Positions 51,656 through 64,000 of a stretch of 64,000 nucleotides of DNA are shown piece by piece. Below the pieces are notes generated by a model. It was not told where the DNA came from and made no database searches. It saw only the letters and a list, made by a program, of their open reading frames with translations. The first letter of the stretch is position 1. Each line of letters begins with the position of its first letter. Source of the DNA: Takakia lepidozioides (lineage: Eukaryota > Plantae > Bryophyta); assembly GCA_030704615.1 (NCBI GenBank), contig CM060731.1, forward strand, positions 65,162,001 to 65,226,000, given 5' to 3'. The translations under genes and the position numbers were made by a program.

Positions 51656-52640
51656 TGTTAGAGGACTGTAGGGGACTTAGACACTTATACGGGATCTGTA
51701 GGGTACCCTTAATTTTTGCACAGACTGAGACAAACAAAAACCTTAGGGGTGACAGCAGCGCACTGTAGAGGGGGGTTACATAGCCCACACAGCCGACACA
51801 GCAGTCACAGCCCGTCACAGTCGTCACAGCCCACACAGCCCACACAGCCGTCACAGCCCACACAGCCCGTCACAGTCGTCACAGCCCACACAGCCCACAC
51901 AGCCCGTCACAGTCGTCACAGCCACACAGCCCACACAGCCAGTCACAGCCCGGCACAGCCACACAGCCAGTCACAGCCCGACACAGCCAAACACAGCCAG
52001 TCACCGCTTGACACAGCTGTCACGATAATAGGGAACGAAGAGTAGGACAGGGAACGACTGTGGGGAACAACACCTGTGAAGGGAACATGTTAGTTCACAT
52101 ACGACGGTTAGAGAGGGAAACGGTTAGAACCGCGGATAGGAGGATAAAGGGGAGAACGGGGAATGATGATGATCATTATTCGGGGAAGGAGGATTTGGGA
52201 GTCATACGGGAGCGGAAGTCGGTGAGCACGATGAAGGAGGAAAGAGGATTAGTAGATGCTTGTTATATGCAAAGCTGTAGGGATATTGTAGAGGAGAATA
52301 GAGACACAATGGCTTCGGCCTGATACCTGATAAATCATAATCTGATACTTATACGATACAATCACACTGTGTAGAGAGATCTGAGTGAAGCTGTGGATTG
52401 AATGGAGGAGTTAAGGAAACCGATAAATTGATGAAGCAAACTGATACTTAATTATCAATGGTAAGGTAGCTAAGATGAATGCGGAAAAGGAAACAAATAG
52501 GAAACACCCCCATGATACACTAGCTGTAGGTCATGACTGATTGTTCTGCGCGGGCTGAGTACTTAGAGATTTCCAACTCTTCTATCTTGGAGTTTCCGCC
52601 TCGGATAGCGAAGGGATGGGTGAGTAAAAGCCGCGCGACA
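51656..52640 (+). mobile_element. 5' LTR of Gypsy family A (A3)
   Basis: TGTTAG...GCGCGACA followed by TT and the PBS at 52643-52660. Confidence 0.88.
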
Positions 52641-53228
52641 TTTGGCGACCATACTGGGGAACTGGGACATGAACAACCAGATGTGACAGGCATCTGGTGG
52701 GATCATGGTGGTTGGACCATTAAAGAATTTGAAGTGAATCAAATTCCCTGTGGAACGAAGGAAGAAAGATTGTCCAAACAATTCTTTCAAAGGTTCTTGG
52801 AATTGCCAGACGGATGTAAAGAAAATATTCTTAAACGAGTGCATGATGCTGATCCAGAATGGGGTCTGGAGAAAGGAGTGATAAAGATTTATCAGGTAGC
52901 CTGTAGAGGAAGAGCACGTTGGTTACCAACATTAGTTTATGTGATAGCGTTGCTATCCATTAAACGAGTAGAGTTTGAAGGCTGGGAAGAAAGAAAGGTG
53001 AATGTTTATACTCATATGCATGAAGAGCTTGTACTGGTAAAGAATTGGATTCCAAAGGATATTTTGTGGATCAAACTCACACCAAGAACAGCTTTTCAGA
53101 CTTGTTTGCCATATGGTTATATGGTAACGGAGACTTCAAGTATAGCCAAGGGTGCATTGAAGCTTGAAAGAAATCCAGGCATATACGAGAGATATTACAG
53201 AAGAGAGTTTTGGTTATTGCCACATTAA
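52533..53228 (+). CDS. Extra 5' ORF (ORF0), 231 aa, unknown function
   Basis: Open in A3, with many synonymous differences against the A2 copy. Confidence 0.7.
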   Translation: MTDCSARAEYLEISNSSILEFPPRIAKGWVSKSRATFGDHTGELGHEQPDVTGIWWDHGGWTIKEFEVNQIPCGTKEERLSKQFFQRFLELPDGCKENILKRVHDADPEWGLEKGVIKIYQVACRGRARWLPTLVYVIALLSIKRVEFEGWEERKVNVYTHMHEELVLVKNWIPKDILWIKLTPRTAFQTCLPYGYMVTETSSIAKGALKLERNPGIYERYYRREFWLLPH

Positions 53229-53249
53229 AAGAAATGAAAGACATGGGAC

Positions 53250-56200
53250 ATGAGTGATGAAAGAGAAGCTAGACGACAAAGATATTCATCAAAAAGAGAA
53301 AGCTATCTGAAAGCTAATTATCCATATCTTTGGGAGAGAGGAATAGACATAGGGGAATCATCTGGACCTCTCACACCATCAAGATCAAAAAGTGCATCAC
53401 CTATACCGGAAGAACTAGAGTTGGATGCCACTCCTTCTGTTTCTTTGCAAGAAAGATTAAGGGAATTGGTACAGGAAGAAGATCAATCACGAGGTGAAAG
53501 ATCTGAGGTACATCCTTGGATAAAAGACTTGACAGAAATCTTTGATAAGAGTTGGCATGGAACACCAAAAGCAGGAACTCCAGTTTCTGAAGCAGAAGAT
53601 GAAGAAGGAGATGAGGATGTGGCAGAGCCAACGGAGAGTTCAGACTCTCCAACACCATTACAGTTGAGTTACATGAGTGAAGAAGAAACCCAAGGGCAGA
53701 ACTTGGAGGATGAAAACAGAGAGAAGAAATTGGAAGAGGAAGAATATGAAGAAGTAGACCCAACAGCTGAGGTTGAGACTACAACCAGGACATCCCAACC
53801 CGTTGGACCTGGATCAAGTGGAGCACTTAGATCACAGGCCAACGAAGGTGTCGGCTCAGGGGGATCAGGCGGGCTGCCTGGATCTGGCTCTGGGGGGACA
53901 GGGAGTGTGGGAAGTAGTGCAACTGAAGCTGGGAATACTGTGAATATCGTGGGGCCAGAAGCAGGGAGTGCTCAAGGGCCACCACTTGGTGGAAGATCCA
54001 CCACAAAAACAACAGGTCCAGAAGGACCAGCACCAGCAAGGGTGCCAGCACCTGTCAGTGGGCAGAAGGTAGGGCCACAGATGGCGTTACAACCAACACG
54101 GGCAAAACCACCCTTTCCAATATATTCAGGAAAAGGGGATCCCGATGTACACATTAGCCAATTTGAGCACATGTGTATAGTGAACAATGAGAATGGCGAT
54201 GATGCCAAGATGAGACTGTTTCCTTGTTCACTTATCAAGAAAGCAAGTGAATGGTATGCAAGATTCCCTGATAATCATTTCCTAACCTGGAATGGCTTGA
54301 ATACAGCATTTCGAAATAGGTTCAGGACAAGTAAAACTGAGGATGAAGTGTATGGAAGTTTACAACAGCTGAAGCAGAAGAAGCATGAAACTGTTGAAGA
54401 GTATATGGAGAAGATGGAATTGATGATGAAAAAGCTGGCTGCAGTACCAGCACCCGGTTTACAGAAGACTTGGTTTGTGAGTGGACTAAGACCAGAGTTG
54501 CAGAAGAAAGTGGATATGTTACCCCATAATACAGTGGAGGAGGCATTTGAAACTGCAAACAGAATTGAGCAATTGGGAATGCTCAGGAGAGAGAAAAAGG
54601 AAGATGAGGACTCTGAAGATGAGTCAGATGAAGAAGAAGAGCAAGAACTAAAAAGAAAGAGTAAGAGAAAGGAAAAGTTGAAGAGGGATAACTATGAGAA
54701 AAGATTGGAAGAAATCTTGAAGAAGTATGCCACAGAGGCTGCAACACATTGGAGGAAGGGTGTATGGTGTGCAAAGTGCCAGAATGAAGGCCATACCACT
54801 ACAGAATGCCACATGAAGGAGAAACACTGTACTATCTGTAAAATGGATAACCATTCTACTGAGAATTGTTACTACAACAGAAGGACAGCTGCAAGAGAAC
54901 CTAGGCAAGTGAGGGTGCATCAGGTGCAGCCCCAGCCAAGAAGAAGCAATGATCAGGACCACTATGGTAGGTCTGGTGGTTATAACAATGGCATGGAAGG
55001 GAGAGGTAATTCAAGAGGGAATTACCAAGGAAATTCCAGAGGCAACTATCAGGGTAATCCAAGGGGGAATTACCAGCCCGGGAATCAGGATTATAGAAAT
55101 AATCCAAACAGACCAAGGGCGAGGACCCAATGGTGAAGAGCTATGTTACTATTGTAATCAGCCAGGACATCGCAAGGCAGCCTGTTCATTCTGGATAAGA
55201 CACCAGAATGAGATGAGAGCTCCTGTGAATGAGGGCCCAGTGGTGGCAGCTCACATGGTTAGGCCATGTGTTGTACCAGAAGTAAGTACAATGATAGTAA
55301 CAAGAAGTAAAGCCAAACTAATACCTCCAGTAGAAGAGGAAGAAGATGAGACTGGAAGTGGCAATGATATGCCTGAAGATGAAGAGACTTGGAAGGATGA
55401 GAAGGAACTGCACAAGGAAGTGGCAGATACTATAAGGGAAATGCAAAAGAGTACTGATATTCCTGTGGCAGATTCCTCTGATTCGGATGGAGAAAAAGAG
55501 GGGAGTGAGGAAGAAAGGAAAAAAGAAGATGCAGACATGCAAAGTAATGAAGAGACTTTGGCTGAAGTAATATGTCAGACCAAAGCAGAAATTACCATTG
55601 GACAGCTATTAGCTGTGGCACCTTATTGTAGGCACAGGCTGTATCAGGCAATCAATCGAATTGCCCAAGAGACAGGAAACACAGACCTGAACAGCAAGGT
55701 GACCAGTTATAATGTGAAGCCGGAAGGGCGAGAACCAGTCATGGACTTTGATGATTCTATGCCAGTAATCCAATTGAGAATTGGAAGCACAGAACTAACT
55801 GATGTACTGATAGATGGTGGTTCTGGAGTAAATATCATGACAGACCAATTAAGGAAGAAGCTTGGTCTAAGTAACATGAAACCAGCCCCATTTACAGTAA
55901 CAATGGCAGATCAAAGAAGTGTACAGCCATTGGGATTAATAAGAGGAGTTAAGATACAGATACAGAAAATGATCTTTATGATCACAGTAACTGTATTAAA
56001 AATGGATGAAGTCATGGAGGCTTACTCCTTATTATTGGGACGTCCGTGGCTGAAACAGGCAAGGGTATTCCATGACTGGAATTCTCAGTTACTAACTGTG
56101 CATAATGGGATGCACGAGATACAAATTACCACAAAGAAATCTAGTAGATTACCTGCTACAAGAAGACCTCGAGGAGTCAGAGAGTATGACTGGAGGGGAG

Positions 56201-59200
56201 GACTGGATGAGGAGCAGGAAGCTACCCTATTTGCTGCACACCCAGAATGGGAGCAGGTTGCAGAGATGCGGCTGGAAAGCCTAAGTTGTTTGAGAGGTAT
56301 CTGCTGTGGTGTAGTGACAGCAACACCAACTGAAGAAGAAACCAGCATTTACCCATCACATTTCTATGAAGAAAGAGAAGGAGAAATAGAAATCCTAGAA
56401 GAACCAGCCACTGTGAGCTTACAGGATGAAGTGGTGACTGGTTGGACAATCACAGCTGATGAGCAGGTGAGAGAAGTAAATGTGGGAACTCAGGAGGAAC
56501 CGAGGATGGTGAAAGTAGGAGCTGATTTGGAGCCGGAATTCTTCGAAGAAGCAAAAAGCTTGTTCATCAAATACAGAGATGTATTTGCTTGGAGCTATGA
56601 GGATCTAAAAGGGATACCACCTGAAGTCTGTCAGCATAAAATTGAACTGGAACCAGGGTCAGTACCAATCAAGCAGGCGAGGTATAGAATGAATCCCAAC
56701 TACGCACAGAAGGTTGGAGAAGAGATAAAGAAGTTGGCTGAGGCTAAGTTTATATACCCAATAGAGTATACAACTTGGTTGTCACCCATTGTTATAGTTC
56801 CCAAGAAGAATGGCAAACTAAGAGTATGTGTGAACTATAAGAAGCTGAATGCTTGTACGAAGAAAGATCCTTTCCCTTTGCCATTCACAGAAGCAGTATT
56901 AGACACTGTGGCAGGCCATGAGATGTACTCATTCATGGATGGCTTCAGTGGTTATAATCAAGTGCAAGTGGCAGAAGAAGACCAAGGGAAAACAGCTTTC
57001 ATCACAGACTGGGGGGCTTATGCATACAAAGTCATGCCCTTTGGACTTTGTAATGCACCAGCGACCTTTCAGAGAGTGATAAGTGAATCTTTTCAAGAGT
57101 ATCTGGATGATTTCATGCAGGTGTTTTTGGATGATTTCAGTGTGTACAGCTCTAAGAATGAGCACTTGCATAAATTGGAGTTATGCCTGGCCAGATGCAG
57201 GATGAGAGGTCTGGGCTTGAATCCAGAGAAGTGTACTTTCTGTGTGAACTCAGGGGTGCTTCTGGGACACATAGTGTGTAAGAAGGGACTTCTTGTGGAT
57301 CCCAGGAAGACAGAGTCCATTAAAGTCTCTCCACCACCAGTGAATGTTAAGAGTTTAAGGAGATTCCTTGGGCAAACCAGTTATTACAGAAGATTTGTCA
57401 AAAGGTATGCACAAATAGCAGCACCATTGAGCAAGCTTCTGAAGAAAGATGCAGTGTTTGCATGGACAGCTGAATGTCAACAGGCGTTTGAGGAACTTAC
57501 ACTGTCAGTAACAACTACACCTGTGCTGATTAACCCTCACTGGCATGTAGTATTTCATGTTCACTGCGATGCATCAGGAGAAGCGTTGGGAGCGGTGTTA
57601 GCCCAGAATGTTACAGGGAATATAGATTCACCTGTGTACTATGCTAGCCGGTTGATGAACAGTGCTGAGAGGAACTATAGCACAACGGAAAGAGAAGCAT
57701 TGGCAATGATCTATGCAGTGAAGAAATTCAGGCATTACCTATTGGGAAGAAAGTTTATGTTTTATGTGGATCACCAGGCTCTGATATATCTGGTGAACAA
57801 ACCTTTGATAAGTGGAAGGATAGCGAGGTGGTTAATAATCTTGCATGAGTTTGAGTTCGAGGTTATTTACAAGCCTGGCCGTTTGCATCTTGTGGCAGAT
57901 CATTTGTCACGACTAACAACAGGAGAGGCCGCCACAGGAGTGGACGATCAGTTACCTGATGCGAGTTTATTTGTAATGGAGGTGCAAGGAAGTGCAGATG
58001 AATGGTTAGATTGGCAGTGGCCAATCAGATACTACCTTGCTCATGGTCAGTGCCCACCTAGTTATGGTAAGGAGCAGAGGAAGAGAATCGCTATCAAAGC
58101 TTTACCTTATACTATGGTAGGAAGCAGAATGTATAAGTTAGGACCAGATGGGGTACTAAAACGATGCTTGTACCACCATGAAGTAAATAAAGTCTTGGAG
58201 GAAGTTCATAAAGGAGTGGCTGGAGGTCATTTTGGAGAAGAGACTACCAGTAGAAAGATACTACTCGCAGGATACTGGTGGCCTACTTTGTTCAAAGATG
58301 TACATGAGTATTGTCAGAAGTGTGATGAATGTCAGAGGCTAGGACCTTTGCAGAGATCTGGAAGAATGGCCTTGCATCCTACAATGCCTACGGAACCATT
58401 TCAGAAATGGGGACTAGACTTTGTTGGACCAATTAATCCACCATCCAAGAATACACAAAACAGGTACATAATTACAGCCACTGATTATACTACAAAGTGG
58501 GTGGAAGCTAAAGCTTTGAGGGACAACACAGCCAAGTCCACAGCAAGGTTCCTGTACGAGAACATACTTACACGATTTGGATGTCCCTTAGAATTTATCA
58601 GTGATCAAGGAAGTCACTTCATGAATGAGACCATTGAGTTATTGACTAAAGAGTTTATGATTGTGCATAGAAAGAGTACAACATATTACCCACAGGGTAA
58701 TGGACAGGCAGAGGCTACCAACAAAATACTATGTACTATCTTGGCTAAGATAGTCAATGCAAACAGAACGGATTGGGATACAAAGCTGCTGACAGCTTTG
58801 TGGTCATACAGGACTTCATATAAAGTCACCACTAAGTATACACCATTCCAATTAGTTTATGGTATGGAAGCCTTACTTCCAGTGGAATTTCTGTTACCTA
58901 CCATGAGAACGGAGTGGGGAAAAAGAATGGAATTGCAAGACTCCATCAAGGTCAGGAAACATGAATTATACCATGTGGAAGAAGTACGTGCTGATGCAGC
59001 TGATAATATGACCAGAATTCAGATGAAGCGAAAGGAACAGTTTGATGAAGGCAAGTTAAAGACTTTTAAGACGGGGGATTTGGTTCTATGGTTGCAAAAG
59101 AAAGGAAAGATTCAAGCTTCTAAGCTTAAATCACCATGGAAAGGACCTTATGTCATACAAAAGATGTATGATAACAACACAGCCATGTTACAAACCATTA

Positions 59201-62200
59201 ACAAAGAAATGCTGGGAAGAGTCAATGCAAATAAGTTGAAGGGGTACAGTGGTATCCATGACAAACCCCTGCAGCATGATTTGCATGTTGAACCGCAAGA
59301 GCAGTCACGGGCTGCACCAGTGTTACGAACGGAGTATGGAACACTTGTCGCTAGGCCCAGTATATATGACCGGGGTGGGCAAAACAAACGTGACACAACC
59401 TATCACAGCCCATCACGGCGTGACACAGCCTATCACAGCCCATCACGGCGTCACACAGCCTATCACAGCCCATCACGGCGTGACACAGCCTATCACAGCC
59501 CATCACGGCGTCACACAGCCTATCACAGCCCATCACGGCGTGACACAGCCTATCACAGCCCGTCACGACGTGACACAGCCTATCACAACCTACCGCAGCG
59601 TGTCACAGCCTATCACAGCTTACCACAGTGCAACACAGCCTATCACAGCGGAACACAGTATGACACAGCCTGTCACAGCTCAACACAGCCTACTAAAGTT
59701 ACACGATCCATAGAATCAGTGACAAGTGGACACATAAAAACTTCAGGAAAATGGCTGAAGGAAGAAGAAACGGAAATTACTTTAAAAATAGACACGTGGA
59801 GGTCAGGGTGCGACACACAGCAGAGAATGAAGTGCAAGGACAGGTGTCAAAAAGAAAGAGGACAAGAACGGCCGTCAAAAGGGATGAAAGGCGGGCCCAT
59901 TAATGAATACGGAAAAAGGGAAACAGAACGAACGGCAAGTACAGAAAAACTGAATTCATGTCGCATGTGTGATCCTAGTGGACTATCCAACAGGGAAAGT
60001 CCACTAAAGAAGATAAAAGTTAAAATCCAGTCACAGCGGATACAGCCAATAGAAAACCAGAGAAATGATCAAGAAAATGGAGGGAAATTAAGCGCAAGAG
60101 GCGGCGTCGTTCTGAGTAACGGGCGTCTCGACAGGACAGGCCATAAATGCTATAACTTGGAAACTATGGAGGAACTAACAGACTATACGCTCGCAATATT
60201 ACTTACGCAATGGCAGAGACACGAAACGAAAGAGCAGAGCTTTTCTCTTGAACAATGCTTGCAAGCCCCGCAGGCTTACAAGAGATTACCCATAGCTTTC
60301 TGCGGCAACCATACGTTTCTGCTTTGTGCACTACAGGCATTCCTGCAGTTGTTACAGCCAAAGCAGTTCTGTGAGTCTAAGATGAAGAGAGTGAGAGGAA
60401 TGGAGGAAATCAGGGTGAAGAGCACCACAATTCTGCAGAAACAAACGATGGCTACCCCACAGGCGATAAAGATACTGAAGGAGCTGAGATTGGAAGGATT
60501 GCAAAGCATGGATTGGACACTACACCATAGACAGTACATGTTACAATTTTTGCAGAACTTTGAGCCAAAGACAGGAACAACAACGGTGAAGGGAGTTGAA
60601 TTAATGATTACTCCCCTATACCTCCAGCAATTGTTTCGATTGCCAGCAGGTCATGTGTATGTGGAGGAACACAGGGAAAGACTGCAAATAGGGGATTTAT
60701 TCCAAGAAGGGAGTTTCTTTAAAACTCAGGGTTATGCTTGTACCAAAGCTGTGTACCCAGGGTTAAAAGACATAGGCCAAGTATTGAACGTTCTGATTGC
60801 CCTGAAACAGAACCAACAATATTTGAGCAGATCCTTCACAGAGGAAATCCTCAAAGGCTTGAAGGGACAAGAGGTACCATGGGCGGACATAATGTACAAC
60901 GCACTGGTAGAGGAGATGAAAAGATTACAAGGTACTACCGCAAAATCTCCTATCATAGTGTCTGGCCCAATCATTGCTCAAATAATCCTTAGTTCTGGCA
61001 TACTTAATGCACAAGAAAGGAAGGAAATGGGAGTGTTTGAGCCAGAAACAACTGCAATGGAAGAGCAAGGCTCTTCACACAGTGAGGGTGGACTAGCAGC
61101 ACAACCCAACTAAGAGGCAGAGAAGGGGAAAGACTGTAGTGACGGATCCACTGGCTTCACGGATTCCGCATGATAATGTTTCCCAAGCTCATGACCAGGA
61201 AGGGGCACAGCAGCACAAAAGAATGTTATTACTGGAAGCAGGACCTTCAGAGAGGGAGGAAGAAGTTACTTCTGCATCACAACCAACACAGCCACTTGAA
61301 CGACTTGTCACAAGGTCACAAGTTATCCATGCAGCTCAACCCGAAATAATTGATTTGGAAAGTGAAGGGATAGATATTCCAACTACAGAACAGATAGTGG
61401 CGGAAATAGAGAAAGGGGACCTTCTCTATGAATATTCTGGTCTGGTCAAGCAGACAGAAATCCCAGAGGTGCAACAGTTGCCCAAGAGAAATCCTGAGGT
61501 ACATATAATGCACACACCTGTGTCGGAGGTACCACAGGCGGAAGGCCATGACACTGTAGCACCGGTCATAAATGAAGTAGTTCAGGAAGAAAATCCGGTG
61601 GGACAATGGTCTGAATGGTTAGTGAGACATCATACTGTTGAAGATCAGGAGGAACAGCAGCAACCTCACCATGATGACCCTCAACAGGCAATGCTGATGA
61701 GTTCCATAGGCATGACACTTAATTTGTTGGGGACTTATGTCAAAACCCATGTTCCAATTACCCAATTGACAGCCTTGAAAGAAGAACTCAGGAAGGAGTT
61801 TGAGGCTCGACTTGCCACTGAGTGTGCAAACAAGGTCGATGAAGAGGTCACTCTCAAGATGAAGCAGGACTTGGCCAATACAAAATGGCTTTGCAATTGG
61901 CCAAGCAACAATTGATTGAGGCAGGCCTCGCGCAAGACCAGTTGCACGAAGCACATAAGCAACAGCTATACCAAATGCAGGTGCAGCATGAAAGCAAGTT
62001 GCAAGAACTGAATGCACTACATACGGAGTTGCAGACAGTGCATAACAGGATGGCGATACAATGCGCTACATTTACAACTATGCTTGACCAATCAACAAAA
62101 GAAATAAACAGTCAAGCGGAAAAATGTACGAAGGCAGAAGAAGAGAATGTGGAACACATGAAGCTCATTGTCGATATGAAGAATACAATCTGTCGCAATG

Positions 62201-63141
62201 AAGATACTCTCAAGCAATACAGGCAGATGGAAGCTGAGAATGAGAAATACATCGTGGAGTTGCAACAAACCATCGTGGCCAATAGAAATGAAATCGCGGT
62301 CAGTAACAAGGCTTCGAAAGAAGCCAATAATCTACTTGCTGCCTATGCGCAATTGGTTGAGCCACAGGCGAAGCGCATGAAGGCTTTACAACAGCAGTTG
62401 GAATTTTATAAGCTAAGAGAGGAGCAAACTCTCAGGGGAACCACAAGCAGCTTGGTGGATAACAGCCTTATGCAGGTCTGGTTAGCACAAGGGCCAGTAG
62501 AAGGCAAAGCCCCAAGGAAGCTCACCCAAAGCGAGATGAATGAGCTTAGACTGCAGGTGCAGAACATTGCCACAACTACTATAGACAATGTCTATAGTAG
62601 GATAGCAGAGTTACAAGAGGATGTAGACGGACTCCAGACTCAAGTGGAAGACCTCACTTCAAACATCGACCAAAGAGTCTATATCCCTCAGGAACAGCTA
62701 ATGGCTTCTTATTTGCAAGCCAGAACTCTGGCTTTTCAGTCTTCACAGGAGGTGCAGGAGATGCCAATGGTACAGGAACCAGTACCACCACCACCACAAC
62801 AGGTCAGTGTACCAGTAGCTGAACCTGTGGTTACTACAACCACACCACAGCCACCACAGCCGGAGGTATGGGGCAATGCAGCTTTTAACCCACCTAAAAC
62901 TCCAGCTGCCAGGGAATACAGTAGGGCTATGATTATGCCCTTCAACCAAATTCCCATCATGTTGGATTTGGCTTGGAAAGAATTTAGTCCTCCGCAGTCA
63001 TTCGCACATTACTACCAAATCATGCGTATTTGGCTGCCAGTGGCAACCAGGACTAAAGTTCTTCCAAACAATCGACATATTGAAGATCATCACTTTGCAC
63101 AATACTGGCACGAGGCAGGTACCATGTTGAGGGAATTGGTT
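53250..63141 (+). mobile_element. Near-intact Gypsy A polyprotein: Gag (3 CCHC)-PR-RT-RNaseH-IN-repeat linker-long extension
   Basis: ORFs 53250-55136, 54949-61113, 61139-61915 and 61885-63183. The three frame breaks are in-frame in copy A2. No chromodomain or extra RNaseH is seen. Confidence 0.95.
59390..59690 (+). repeat. 30-bp coding tandem repeat (TAYHSPSRRD/H)
   Basis: acagcctatcacagcccatcacggcgtgac units. The A2 counterpart at 22960-23200 has 27- and 30-bp units. Confidence 0.9.
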
Positions 63142-64000
63142 TGTCGCACACCTCAGTTCGGTAAACTCCCCTTCAAGTCATAGTTACTCGCTTTGATGCG
63201 CGCGCCTGACTCCCAACCTGGCCGCCGGGCCAACTTGGAGTTTCGGCTGCTCACCGGGACATAACGGTCCCCTTCCGCTTCCCTCTAAACCCTCCACCTA
63301 TTTGGGACTAGGAGAATTCCCTTTGGTAGATGGCAGTCCGGAACAGCTCCCCACTCTTTGGTCGCTTTCCGGCTCGCTCGCTTACTCACTAGTTTTTGGT
63401 CACCAACGGGCTTGCACCGTTCTCGGGGTTACTACTCCCTATATATACTTCTGTAGCTGTCCGCGGGGGTTTCATAACCAGCCATGCCATTTTATGGCGA
63501 ACCACCACGAAAACCCTCGACTCCCGGTGGTGAGTCGCGGTGAGTCTTGGCCCACTCACCGCGGCCCCAATGGACCGTGATGAGTCCCAAGACTCCCCAC
63601 GACTCCCACCTCGAGGTCTCCACCCCATGGTGAGTCCTATGCCACCCCCACTAAGTCCCACTAAGCTACCACCACCCCTTGTGGAGCCACCTCCACCGCA
63701 ACCCGGTGTGCGGGGCTCCACCTAGTGAGCGCCTCCGCCTCCTTGAGTGCCTTGGGCACTCAAGGGTGCTTCAGCCCCCCATACCTATCGCTGCCGCTGC
63801 CCCACCACAGGGGCAGCCCCTCATGTGTCCCGACCCCCTGCCCTCAAGGCAAAGGGCCGCGACACACACCCCTACCAACAGGGAGTCGATGTCCTCATCG
63901 ACTTGTCCATTTTGTAGAAACGAACATCCAAGTTGTGGCGTCCCACATCAAGGAGTTTGTTTCCGTACCATGGCGTCCCATGGCAAAGAACCAAACCCCA
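63142..64000 (-). mobile_element. LTR of chromovirus family C inserted in A3 (runs off window)
   Basis: TGTCGCACACCTCAGTTCGGTAA matches 42988 onward. No PBS is adjacent, so it is a 3' or solo LTR. Confidence 0.9.

Noticed and set aside
55090-55140. Programmed gag/pol frameshift in A3
   Set aside because: Copy A2 has two extra bases here and is in-frame, and there is no slippery heptamer. It is a mutation or sequencing error.

Overview
Eukaryotic, transposon-saturated region with no intact host gene. The host is probably a non-seed land plant, inferred from TTTAGGG telomere-type repeats, GT-AG introns and the element families present. Contents: (i) four pieces of a large non-chromovirus Ty3/Gypsy family (family A; ~0.95-1 kb LTR, tRNA-Arg-type PBS, extra 5' ORF, very long post-integrase extension); (ii) three pieces of a chromodomain Ty3/Gypsy family (family C; ~1.66 kb LTR, tRNA-Met PBS); (iii) endonuclease-less Penelope-like retroelements with telomeric repeats at junctions and two neighbouring minimal hammerhead ribozyme motifs; (iv) two Mutator-like DDE/SWIM DNA transposons, one flanked by an intron-containing gene for a beta-class N4-cytosine/N6-adenine DNA methyltransferase-like protein and a palindromic tandem array; (v) a broken Crinkler-like NTPase+nuclease gene, a 3-exon DNA primase small-subunit fragment between inverted repeats, and a tRNA-derived SINE-like element. 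There is a ~500-N scaffold gap at 28933-29432. Top leads are the methyltransferase-carrying DNA transposon and the hammerhead/telomere/Penelope system. All assignments come from reading motifs by eye; no searches were run.
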